Source: Lingula anatina (Eukaryota > Animalia > Brachiopoda). From it: DNA of 64,000 nucleotides. Location of the stretch: NCBI GenBank assembly GCA_051362555.1, contig CM120645.1, forward strand, positions 19,282,001-19,346,000. Direction: 5' to 3'. Both the position numbers and the translations under genes were made by a program. The notes below the pieces were generated by a model. It had not been told where the DNA came from. It did no database searches and was given only the letters and a program-made list of their open reading frames with translations. Shown here piece after piece: positions 12,651-22,821 of the stretch (position 1 is its first letter; every line of letters starts with the position of its first letter).

Positions 12651-13037
12651 GTATTTGGAAACTTCTTTTTCACAGAATGGATAGTGAACCCATTTTAAAA
12701 TAGACTTTCATATTGAAATAATGTATATGTTTTAGACCCATATAACCGTTAAGAAAGATATCTTAACCATCAGACATTTTCAGTTTGATTTGGATCACTT
12801 TTATTTGTAATTTAAAACTTTTAGTCAAACTTTGCATAAAGCATGGCAATATATCTATACATTTCTTTTTCTTCCTTTTACAGAAGCACTCCTATCTTGC
12901 CAATCAGATTTGGTGAAAATAGACTGATAAATTTAAGTATATGATTTGATTAGTAAGTAATTTATTAATCTTTTCAGACCGATGATGACAACCCATTTGA
13001 AAGTATTAAACTGACAGAGAAGTCAAGTTTAACCTAA
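71..13037 (+). CDS. ELAPOR: ELAPOR/KIAA1324 (UPF0577) family type-I membrane protein, 5'-truncated by the window; 17 exons
   Basis: Exons 71-159, 464-752, 1115-1350, 5428-5495, 5903-6061, 6585-6803, 7255-7390, 7740-7865, 9084-9181, 9369-9448, 9848-9887, 10198-10440, 10813-10882, 11143-11225, 11516-11678, 12241-12273, 12978-13037 join in frame (about 730 codons) with consistent phases. Motifs RPAC..DYF, YKW.EP.IC, CPPCNPG, YYHHFNFTICG, CSDGTCDGCNYHFLW, a TM helix and LEYKYMKLV..LPAAETCA match recalled vertebrate ELAPOR1/2. Confidence 0.93.
464..752 (+). CDS. ELAPOR: ELAPOR exon (TQKLYKWIEPQIC...CPPCNPG...WWNDLPQNMTTSC)
   Basis: tttcag acceptor, G|gtacga donor; overlaps ORF 473..796. Confidence 0.9.
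1115..1350 (+). CDS. ELAPOR: ELAPOR exon (EFCLQRMGWQPLGDH...SFVFDLNC...CIFYFTT)
   Basis: tttcag / gtaagt; overlaps ORF 1135..1386. Confidence 0.88.
1551..2175 (+). repeat. Tandem array of about 161-bp units, 4 copies
   Basis: CCGATAACACGATAAGTGGAAAACC recurs at 1551, 1712 and 1873, degenerate at about 2034. Confidence 0.9.
2570..4100 (+). repeat. Tandem array of about 337-bp units (3 good copies, then decaying copies)
   Basis: GTGACTT(T/A)GAA..TCCA.G..C.TGAAG at 2590, 2927 and 3264; degenerate copies near 3592, 3920 and 4078. Confidence 0.85.
4317..4385. repeat. (TA)n microsatellite
   Basis: about 34 TA units. Confidence 0.97.
4433..4669 (+). mobile_element. Short HINE-type element nested in the larger one
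   Basis: TTTACCTC..CTCTGCCAAGGAGGTTATATTTTCACC start; imperfect inverted partner CCTTCGCAGGGG; stem-loop GCACT..AGTGC; terminal TTTTCTAGTT. Resembles a widespread aquatic-animal family from recall. Confidence 0.7.
5428..5495 (+). CDS. ELAPOR: ELAPOR exon (ESESIGMNVVKFWSGHQEKQEF)
   Basis: ttttcag / gtaggc; phase compatible with neighbours. Confidence 0.82.
5903..6061 (+). CDS. ELAPOR: ELAPOR exon (FPITQNEEMVFSWAFQ...IYSIKITNTIEGGASVCEDCP)
   Basis: aaag / gtaagt; FSWAFQ and IYSI.ITN motifs. Confidence 0.9.
6585..6803 (+). CDS. ELAPOR: ELAPOR exon (CVPCPEGHYIDRNSSTCVQCPENT...YDFTSLR)
   Basis: ccacag / gtaggc; Cys-rich repeat. Confidence 0.9.
7255..7390 (+). CDS. ELAPOR: ELAPOR exon (FHTTAGSTLFTSSGTQYYHHFNFTICG...NNVSTVR), start of the MRH-like domain
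   Basis: ttcag / gtaggt. Confidence 0.9.
7395..7478. repeat. (CTGT)n(GT)n compound microsatellite
   Basis: directly follows the donor at 7391. Confidence 0.95.
7740..7865 (+). CDS. ELAPOR: Candidate symmetric ELAPOR cassette exon (ALLEQDYASTHLDNATNNATTTTTPSPDTIMKRRAAFEFDQG)
   Basis: ttgcag / gtatgt, 126 nt, phase 0-0, open frame. Confidence 0.65.
9084..9181 (+). CDS. ELAPOR: ELAPOR exon (DKKTPPVNSLVCRNTIIPP...AAQPVS)
   Basis: gtcag / gtgaga; VC..TIIPP and QPVS motifs. Confidence 0.88.
9369..9448 (+). CDS. ELAPOR: ELAPOR exon (LGDSLLYLTSNDTDLSKQTKKNFDGE)
   Basis: tgtag / gtacgt. Confidence 0.85.
9848..9887 (+). CDS. ELAPOR: ELAPOR 40-nt exon (DLGLLVHYVHRSE)
   Basis: tttcag / gtaagt; needed to bridge phase 1 to phase 2. 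Confidence 0.82.
10198..10440 (+). CDS. ELAPOR: ELAPOR exon (GTNACPSGRTTVITLNC...CSDGTCDGCNYHFLW...HYYPPK)
   Basis: catag / gtaagt; family signature. Confidence 0.93.
10813..10882 (+). CDS. ELAPOR: ELAPOR exon (HCILTSNSQPVIEKRHCRLIPFW), probable GC donor
   Basis: ttccag acceptor; TGG|gcaagt donor is phase 0 and matches the next exon. Confidence 0.8.
11143..11225 (+). CDS. ELAPOR: ELAPOR transmembrane exon (AMAGIGGIVFLAALLCGLVIFCWSKNK)
   Basis: ttttag / gtaagt; hydrophobic helix. Confidence 0.9.
11516..11678 (+). CDS. ELAPOR: ELAPOR cytoplasmic exon (LEYKYMKLV...LPAAETCALDEGED...FFKKLKSMAGK)
   Basis: aaaag / gtgaga; conserved tail with YxxL motif. Confidence 0.92.
12241..12273 (+). CDS. ELAPOR: Candidate 33-nt symmetric ELAPOR micro-exon (DANKDKRGYFD)
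   Basis: pyrimidine tract plus aaaag acceptor, GAT|gtaagt donor, phase 0-0. Confidence 0.6.
12978..13037 (+). CDS. ELAPOR: ELAPOR terminal exon (TDDDNPFESIKLTEKSSLT*)
   Basis: ttttcag acceptor; F.S..L resembles the vertebrate FDSVPL tail; TAA at 13035-13037. Confidence 0.8.
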   Translation, partial: TDDDNPFESIKLTEKSSLT

Positions 13038-13468
13038 AGAGCTTTACAACCACCCAAAGGCTTTTATATGACCAGAGAGAAGAACTAGACATGAATCTTC
13101 AGCTGTGATTATTAGATATGAAAAGGAGACTTGGGCTCTGGAATGTTTAAATTCATAGTATTGTGGTTGAGTTGTCATGTAAAAGAAAAGAAGGAATTGA
13201 ACATGCATTGGTTAGTATGTATCAGACAGTGATTGGTTCTTCAGACATTTTATTGTCAAATGTTGATGGCCCAGATGTCGATAATTATGTACACAGTCAT
13301 TTTAGTTATCTCTCCTCTTTTACATTTACAGATTTAGGTAATTTTTTTCTTTAGGTATTATAACCGGTTAGAAATGCTATGTATTGACCCTTTCAATGAA
13401 CCAGTCAAGTGAAGAGAAAAATAAAAGGGAAAAATGTTCCTGTACTCTGGGAACTTGTTATCTTAGCA

Positions 13469-13471
<3 letters not shown>

Positions 13472-13520
<49 letters not shown>
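13472..13520. repeat. poly(T) tract in the presumed ELAPOR 3' UTR
   Basis: 49 consecutive T. Confidence 0.9.
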
Positions 13521-13523
<3 letters not shown>

Positions 13524-15139
13524 AATACATTTAAAAGTAAACAGCTGCATTTACTGTAAATTTAAGCAGATTAGCAGATTTAAGTGAGTTGGCTAATTGC
13601 ATTTCAATTTTTTTTTTCTTTTTACCTTACCAGCTCTGTTTGTTTCTCATCTCTTCTTTGTAAATATTTGACAGCTGAGCAGAATTGATCTTGTATTTGT
13701 ATGACCACATACTTACAGATGTCTGGTGATAGTCATTATAGATTGTCTCTGATTACATGTTACAGAGGTTTCAACTGAATTTATACCAAAATGTGGTTCT
13801 TTTGCATTTTTTTCTTCATAACAGCTGAATTATCAGGTGCTTTTCATTAATCCAATTTATTTTTTATTGTCAGTTGTGCAATTTGAAGCAATTTAGTATT
13901 GTATTGTATTATATTTTAGACACATAAATTGCAGCTTTTGAAGAAAATGGCCTAGCCGAGCTACAGCTGAGAGTTAAATGTCTAGAAATGTTAACTTTCA
14001 TCTTCAAGTTCGAGTAGCAAGCTTGCAAGAAATAAATCTTAAGTTCAGATAACACCGGGAGGCCTTATAAGCTGCTGAGATACAAAACATTAGGAGCATG
14101 TGCACACCCTAAAAGGAATTAACAGTTCTAGCTTCCATATTGAATTTAATTTTCTGTAGCACAGAATAATGGGAAAGTCCTTGTCACTTGAGATGTTATT
14201 TTTCACTATTTCAATGTTTACATTTATTATATTTCATATATAGTTATTAATTTAGCTTTCGGTGTTTACTTTATACTAAATATCTCTTTTTTAAAACTTC
14301 AGTGCATTTTTTTACAGCTTTATGTAAAGGATGGGCTACCAGTATGTAGAGTCTGTTTTTTTCTCAAATGCAGTGTAATATTATTGTCATCTGTCAGTTC
14401 TTTTGGATATTCTTCATTTTGTTGATGGTCTGTTTATGTTACTTATATTTATTTTTGAAATAATAGAAGAATGTTGACCTTTACTGACATTCTTCTCACT
14501 TTTTCAGACATTCCTCCCTCCTTATAAGATTTATTGTTAACTTGATAGATTGAGTGTCTTTATCCCCTTAATTATATTAATAATCTGTTTATTATATATC
14601 TCTTGGGGGTAACACTGTATGTAGTGTTTCACCATGACACATTACATGGCTGACCTCTCTCTTATGTTCCATAAACAGTACACAGTTGTCATAACACAGA
14701 GTTTCTCAGCTGTGTCCTCTGCCAAATCTGAATGTTAATAGCCAGTTCAGAAACCTGCTGGTTACAAAGAGTGCATGCTCTGTCCTCTCTGGGCTTTTTT
14801 TTTCTCCATCTTTCCATTTTCATGGCAAAGTTAACATTGGTTTAAATTTACTACAGGCAGTTTGCTTGAAAGGAAGTATTATTGGATAGTTTTTCAACTC
14901 AGTATGACACTGCATTATTTTATATATTATATGCTAAGGTAATTTGTGTGATGGTTTTGTTGTCAGGGTCTAATATTCCATTGCTTTCAAGCCCCAGTAA
15001 ATTGTGTATTATTATGCAGATTATGAAACCTGTAATGATCCTTCAACAAAACTTCCCAATCCCCCCCCCTTTTCTTTTACAGGTCAATACTTCTGTCTTT
15101 GTTGTAACAGTGTTCCTAGGCAGCTGTATGTTGCACCAT

Positions 15140-16683
15140 AATTATGGGACCAGGAGATTGACTCTCTGTAGTCTGGTATCACTATCTTGGCACCAGCTTC
15201 CAAGTTGTGGACAACTGCCCACCACTATGCCAGTTACTGTTAAAACATTCACTGCACATGTAATATTGACCTTTGCCATAGCTGACAACTGACGAAAAGA
15301 TACTAGCAGACACTTCATGATGCTTGTATCCTTCATGTAATAACATTTCAATTTGTCTTACAGTTAATTCAGATTGCCTGACAAATTTGAACTCTTTTGC
15401 TGAGTCCTAAATGGCAAAAGTATATTGCACCCTACAATAACAGTATGTTGGTTGCCAGGGTCCTGCTGTTTGATATCCTTAAGGCTGGAGCCAGTATGAG
15501 GACACCAGCTACTAAACAGTAGACAACTGCCCACCAGTTTTGAAGTCAAAATATTGTCCACAAGGAACTTTGACATGTCTTTTAAGAAACAAAATATAAC
15601 AAAAATGGATTTTAAAATAACATAGCTTTTCACATTCATTGACACGGATATTTGAATAGATCATTAAGTCTAGAAAATCTAGAATTTATTGCTGCACCAA
15701 ATTTGGTCAATAAATACTTAGATGATTAATTCCATTCAAAATCGAGCCTCCCTCCCCTTTTATATATTTTTTAAATTTTATTATTTATTTATTTATTTAG
15801 TTGGTTGGTCAGGGGTAGAGGGTATTTCTTTTCAAATGAAATGCAATAAAATCAGTGGAGTTTATAAAAAAAACTTCCTTGTAAACAAAACTGTCAGACT
15901 CCATCCCCCCCACCACTCCTAATTCCTCCCAATGAAAAGTTCAATGAACTGCTTTAGTGGCTGTTAACTGCCTACTTTACATTTGTCTGACAAATTTGAA
16001 CTCTTCAGAGTCCTTTTGCTAATTGATGATGAAGCCTTGAGTAGCATTTTGTAGGCTCCCAGGGTCTTGCTGTTTGACCCCCTGGAGTCTGGTGCCATTA
16101 TGGGGACACCACCTACCAAACAGTGGACAACTGCCCATTACTTTGGCCATTAAAACATTCTCTACAAGGATAATATTGACCTTTGCCATATCTGTTTAAA
16201 AATAAAATGTGAAATAAAGTAAAAAGTGGAATAAAAAAGTATATAACTTCTCACATTCATTGACATGAATATTTTAATATTAGGTAAAAGCTAGTAATCT
16301 GTTGTTGCATGGAAGTGGTCAATAAATACATGTTTAATTCCTTTCTTAATTCATCCTCCTTTTTATTATTATTATTTAATTTATTTTTGGTGGGGGGGAT
16401 GTCTTTGAAACTGAAATTCAATAAAATCAGTACAGTTTTTTTAACTATATTTTTCCCCTTTTCAACAAAACTGTCACACACCATTCTCCCTTTCCCATTC
16501 TCCTAATGCACTGCAATAAGTTGATTAGTAGCTGTGAATGGCCTCCTCTGCTAAAGCAGGATGTTTACAAGTTCAGATTCCTCCTGGATCTGGAAGGACC
16601 TTCTACATTGAAGTAGGAACGGAAAAATTTTAAAGAATTCCAGTCTGAACTACGAGTTTCATGTTTATCTCTCTGTATCAAGG

Positions 16684-16720
<37 letters not shown>

Positions 16721-17800
16721 CATGTACATAAACTGATAGCTTTTGCAAGATTTTCATTCCTTTTATAAGATGATAGTGATATAAAATTGTCCCATAAGTT
16801 TGTTAAATTGTCATACATTCCATAAAGTGTAATTTGTGTATTTCATAGGAGTATAGTACTAGTTAGGATTACATTTTTGTCATGATAATTATTCACAGTG
16901 GACAGATCAATCTTTTTTTTTTCCCACGGTATCTTTAAAGTGGACTGCTTTTGTAATAACTTTAGTGAGCTGTTTGTTGCAGGGAAATATGACCCATTTT
17001 GTTAGATATGGGACTTGTTAGAAACATTACTGATGTCTCGTCTTCTTTGAGTATCTTCTTAATCATTATTTTGTGTATGAAATATATCTATATATATTTA
17101 TGAGGGGACCCACGTGTCAGCATATATTAAACATTGGTTAATGATAATTACAAATTATATATTCTTCCATATTTGTGATTTGTCAGTTTAAAAAAAAAAC
17201 AGTTTCTGGCACGAACCCATCTTTCAAATTATATATTCAGAACTGTTTTTGGTTAATGTAGTAATTTACTATTGCTTGCATTTAGGAGTCATGGTATAGG
17301 ACTTTGCTGAGTTTAAGGCTTTGTTTGTGTCTGGGGTGCTGGATTGCCACTGTTTGATCAGTTGGCATTTGTAATTTCAGATGTGTATATGTATTAAGTG
17401 TTTAATAAGAAGTCCTTAATTTTGAATTTGGTTTAATTTTTCCCCATTTTTTGCCTGACAAAATTGAACTTTGCTACAGAGTTTCTTGGCAAGAGTATGT
17501 TGCAGCACACTGGTCTTAACTGAGGATCCTGGTGGCTGCCTCTCAGTAGTCTGGTGTCACTAAGGGGGCTCCAGTAACCAAGGGATGGACAACTGCCCAA
17601 AACTTTGGCACTTAAAATATTGTCAACCAGAATAATTGGAGCTGTTGCCATGTTTGTTCAAAAAGTATAATATTAAATAAAAAAATAATTTAAATGAAAA
17701 ATGTATCTTTTCACATTTATTGCCATGGATATATGAAGGAACATAAAATATATCGTTTAATTCAGTTGTTGGCAATGTTGCACTGAAGTGGGCCAATAAA
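15140..17800 (+). repeat. Four decayed copies of a local repeat (GGACAACTGCCCA...TAAAA(C/T)ATT)
   Basis: core near 15209, 15520, 16126 and 17587; related core also near 38090 and 59710. Confidence 0.7.
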
Positions 17801-18165
17801 TGAGTGGAATTGGTTTTAGAAGATTTCAAAGAAATACAAAAACGTTCCCAAAATCAACTGAAATATGTTAAAAGTTATCAATAGTGGTTTATATGTTAAA
17901 AAAAAATAAACATTTTCTCTTCTAGATTTAAGAGCACAAAACTGAAGATGATTTGAATTTGTTGTAATGAACGTTTTCATACATACGGAATGAATGTCCC
18001 AAACTTATATAATTTTTGTGAATGTACAAGTAATTAAATAAAAATTTGTGAGCTCGAAATAGGACATTACGTACGTTTTCGACTTACTTAACGGATAACG
18101 CAATCTTAAGATTTCACGGTTCGTGTCAGCTTTATTTGTTGACGCTCGATCGCTAGCTAGCGCTA

Positions 18166-18394
18166 GGGTTACACCCCTATATGTCCCCGCACCGATAGAT
18201 CCCCGCACCAATATAATACTTCCCCGTACCGATACTCCCCCCACATTATTGCTTCCCCGCATCGATAATGAGGGGGAGTATCGGTGCGGGGATGTACCAG
18301 TGCGGGGATCTATCGGTGTGGGGTCGTATCGATGCGCATAATACAAAAAATTACTAAGGGGGATTATCGGTGCGGGGGAGTATCGACATGACCC
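18166..18394. mobile_element. Foldback-type MITE built from short inverted CCCCGCACCGAT repeats
   Basis: left arm CCCCG(C/T)ACC(G/A)AT repeats, right arm ATCGGTGCGGGG repeats; ends GGGTTACA / CATGACCC; CGCTA on both flanks. Confidence 0.7.
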
Positions 18395-19199
18395 CGCTAG
18401 CTACATGTTCTAAGTGAACTCACCAACTCCTTACTCTCTGAAATCAACGTCTGCTCTGTGCTCCGTCTCTCCCAGTCTCTTTCCCCCCCAAGGTATCAAT
18501 CCCGATCGCTTATATATCAATTTCTTATCTAAGGTGGATGCACGCAAACTTTTATTACTTATCATATTGTATAGTTAATTTCTTTACATCGGCATTATAC
18601 CAAGTGGCCGCCATATTACTCAAGAACTTTTGGACCACAAGGCGTCACCTCATATCATATGACCTCATAAGATATCTTTTTGATCTTTATGGCGGACACG
18701 ACATTGTGCTATTAAAATCTATTAGATAAATTGCTCAGTGAACCAAAGAAAATGTCTGATTTAAGTTATTTTTCTTTATTTACTTGTACATTCACAAATG
18801 TTGACAAATGAAATCCGGTGAAACATGTATACCCATCCAACTGATGTCCAATTTCAAGTACCTCCTTTTTTGGCATAAAAACAAACTCTCCCAAGTCAGA
18901 TATATTATTTCAAATAAAATAATTATTGTACGCTATCATAGACTTTATTATATTTGAGAAATACTGCTTACGAACTTAAAAAAGGGTGCATTTCGAAAAA
19001 TTCTCCCCCACCACCTTTCTACTTCTCCCCGTCAAACAAACCGCTTTTAACTCTGAGTGTAGAGTGCGTGAAAAGTTTTAACCGATTAAAATATATTTTT
19101 GCAAATACACGTAAATAACATAGTTTAAACAACATTATTAAAATCTGGGAGAACAAAAATAATACAAATAAGAGATCTGAAAATCAAACCAGCCCAGAA

Positions 19200-19270
19200 C
19201 ATGGTGTATAGGAAGCGCAACCGAGCCGCCCGCAAGACAGGAGAGCATTCTACCACTGAACTACCGATGC
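19200..19270 (-). pseudogene. Decayed tRNA-Gly(GCC)-derived sequence
   Basis: Reverse complement GCATCGGTAGTTCAGTGGTAGAATGCTCTCCTGTCTTGCGGGCGGCTCGGTTGCGCTTCC closely follows invertebrate tRNA-Gly-GCC; anticodon loop, B box and 3' acceptor strand are disrupted. Confidence 0.8.
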
Positions 19271-19651
19271 TCAAATCGTCCAAACAAATTAGCCCATCCA
19301 TCGGCCCTCCCCCGTCACTTTCAAACAACGGTGTTGTTAGCTCAAAGCCAAGGTCCGGTAGGGCAACACAACACACATACCACAATATTTTGAAAACTCA
19401 GTAACCAATATGCCTTTTTCTTTCAAATACCAATTTACACCTTTATTTCTGTCAGACGCGGCGATTAACATAATCACAGGTAAAAATCTATGTGGCTCTA
19501 GCCCTGCCACCCACAGATGAGCCTGAATAATGCAGTAACCCTTAAACCCCCTTTACACTGGACGGGGCGGATCCAGAGATATTTTCTGACAGTCTTCCAA
19601 ATTATCTTTGTATGCTTATCCTCCACTGCCCCGTCCCCAACCCCGCATGTG

Positions 19652-19653
<2 letters not shown>

Positions 19654-19698
<45 letters not shown>

Positions 19699-19708
19699 TC
19701 ACACACAC
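19654..19708. repeat. (CA)n microsatellite
   Basis: direct reading. Confidence 0.95.
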
Positions 19709-22640
19709 CTGTCATTACCCGGCCTGGGGAGTACGACGAGTTAATTGTTTACGAGTTCTAGCGTACCCTCTGGTCAACTACCAGGCATTTTAATTGCATC
19801 AGCAATTATTAAGATTATCAACTTCTGATAGTTAATTTGGAAGACTGTCAGTTTTTGATATGATCTAAACCACTCGAGGCGACTATAGTTTCAAAGCCAA
19901 GGTCCGGTTGGCTGTCACCGAAGTGAATAAGAATATCACGGAAGACCGTCAAAGACAAAGCAAGAAGAGTGTCAACGTAATCCAGAAAAATCTTGACCGT
20001 CTTCCGATAAAAAAATAAAAGGCTATTGCTATTCGCGCAGGGATCACCCAAGGAACTGTCTACAAGATCATCACCCGGGACTGTGGCAGCTTCACGAGAT
20101 ACCACCTCTGTGATGCAGCCATATAGCATTGCCTTTTGATGAGCCTGACATTCTTTTCTTAATCCATACTTCCTTGAACACGACGTATTATTGTCAATAA
20201 ATATCCAACTTTGTAATTGACGACCACAAGGGAATCAAACGAAAAAAAGCCAACACTTACACAATAATCTGAAAGAAGAACATGAAATTATGATTTAAAC
20301 ATTACTGAGATGGGTAAATAATGTATTTTGTCTTTATTCTATATCTGTCAAAATATCTCATCATTTTAGCATGAGTGCAGATATTTTCGATTGCTAGTGA
20401 ATGATTCAAAATTACCGGTCAGTTACACGATCAAGATAAACCACGCTGTTAGGTTTGTACGGAATATCTTAGTTACAATGAGATATTGTTACCTTTAAAC
20501 TTCATTCTGTCATATATAAATAACTTTATGCACCACTGTAGATATCAGGTGTGCAGAAAGCACGTAAATGAATTAATTGCGGAGAAGAGATTGAATGTTT
20601 TTGTAATCATTGATAATGGCCACTGTTACTGAGACACCTGTTACCGACCAAAGACCGTATTACATGTACATTGAACGAAAGGACGTGTAGATATAATTTC
20701 ATTACATCTATTTTCTATTTTTTCCGATATATGTTAAGTTACATAAATGGTACAAGAATATTCAAATGGCATTTTTAAAATCAATTTTAAAAATCACTAG
20801 CGGATTTTTGCGAAATGGAAATGGGCACATGCACAGAAATTCACTCGCTTCGACGTCATATTTAAAACAGAACAATTACAAGCTAAGGACGATAAAAGGG
20901 TGGGAAATTTCTGGGTGTATATATCTCGTTTCTTTATAGGCCTTTTTTTGGAGGGGGGGAGGAAGTGTGTATGTTGTGAACATTTTTCTGGGATCAGTAA
21001 CGATTGAAGTTTGGTTGTAATCTGAACATGTGAATAAGACCAGACCCGAAAGACTGCATATTTTAAAGAGACGGTGACATCGCTTAATCCACCTAGAAAA
21101 TATTTTACATCATACTTAAATGGACAGGAAATGTGTGCAACCAAATGCTTTTTTGCCTGAAGCAACCTCTCAACTCATTTAAGCAGAACACGCGTGCGAG
21201 GCTATGATGTACTGCAATCAGAATCATATCGTGATACCTTTCAGGCCCTTTAAGAAAAAGTGGCAAGAAAAAATCACTTAACTACACAAACATGAATGAA
21301 AGTGCTGTTGTGAGGTTGTCTTAAGAGAGGGGACATGCGGCTATTGCGCAAGAAACATAAATGGCACTTCGTCAAGAAACGGCTACAGGGTATCTCTGTA
21401 ATTCTGTATAGAGTTTTTGTAATAGTTGATAATGGACAATTTGGTGCGAGACACCTGCTCCTGGTCTCAGAATAAACATACATATATATATACTTGTATA
21501 TTCCAAAAAGTGTTCAATCCATAAATGTCTGTTGGCCTTTTATGGTGAGGAAACTTTAGAAGACGTTTGCTTCAGCTTGCTTCTGTCATAAGTACTGGAT
21601 GAGATCAGGTATATATCAATTCTTTACGGTTCGCATGATATATTAAACGACAAGATTAATTGCCAGTTACCATTTATCCTGAGCCTCTGAAGTTCTCCTT
21701 TATTGTTGTTATGTGTTTCTTGTGACCTCTAAAACTGGGGGGTTGTCAATCTATTCTGGTATGCATATCATCGTGCGACCCTTCTGAGAGCGCTGTCTGA
21801 TTGCAATCAGCTCACAGTAGAAAGTCAATCTAATCCCTTTGTTGTACCGCACACAACCGTTGTGATTAAGACGAGTTCTTGAGTTAAGTGAGACTGTCTT
21901 CCTTCAATGGGCCAATCTTAATCAGACGACCTTATTCCATGGTATGTTGGAAGTTGGGTCCACTCATTTTGACTGGAACATTGAACGCTGTAGCTGTTTA
22001 CCACATGGATTTTCGTGTGAATGTTGGGTTTTACTACAAATTTACGAAATCAAAGCCCAATGAAAGTCCTTAAACAATACAAACATTAAACTTATAATTT
22101 CAGAAACTATGTATAGATGAGAGACATAAATCTTAGAGATCACTTTTCTAGACTTAAAGTATGCAAAAATTCCAGACACAGCGGCGACAGTCTACTGGCC
22201 TTTACAAAAATAAATAAGCTGAAATGTTAAATGTTTTGTAATGAGCAGATTTTTGAAAGAATGACTTCGTTACTAACCACATCTTCTCTTAGCTCATTAA
22301 AACGAATGGAATAGAATTTAAGCAATAATGACAATAACTATTAAAAACACAGAAGCTGAAGGAAAATGTCATTAGTTATTTCTTTTAAAAGCGTGAACTT
22401 TGAGCTGGTGCCTTGGGTTTTACTGGCCGTTTCACACTCCCATTCACTTAAATCGTTCCACGACCAGGGAAAATCTTTCAATCAGACCAGACAAAATTGG
22501 TAAGTATTTAAAAAGAGCGACGACCTTCTGTAAAAAAGGGTCGCAGTTTATTTTTGATTCATTAGTAAATGCAGTTTAACAAACATAATTCATTTATTTA
22601 TTTTAAAGCCTTTACTGGGGGATATACTGGTATGGACGTG

Positions 22641-22649
22641 ACCGGAAGT
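22641..22649 (+). promoter_or_regulatory. ETS consensus ACCGGAAGT upstream of receptor copy 1 (also at 41704-41712 in copy 2)
   Basis: perfect consensus conserved between two paralogs about 180-200 bp before the ATG; function unproven. Confidence 0.35.
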
Positions 22650-22821
22650 CAAATGCAGGCATTCATGTCCAAAACTGATTTTCCAAAGTACATTTCTCAA
22701 TTGTTTGAGATAAGTCGCCAAATGGAAATACAAAGGTATTTACCACCAGAAGAATCACACAGCCATTCGTATTTTTTCACTCCCTTTCGATAAATAACGT
22801 CAACCATTTATTTCAGAAACC

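Noticed and set aside
14882-15292. 136-aa hydrophobic ORF
   Set aside because: Non-ATG start, no motif, and it overlaps decayed repeats downstream of the ELAPOR stop
18005-18346. Pro/Gly-rich ORFs on both strands
   Set aside because: They lie within the GC-rich foldback MITE
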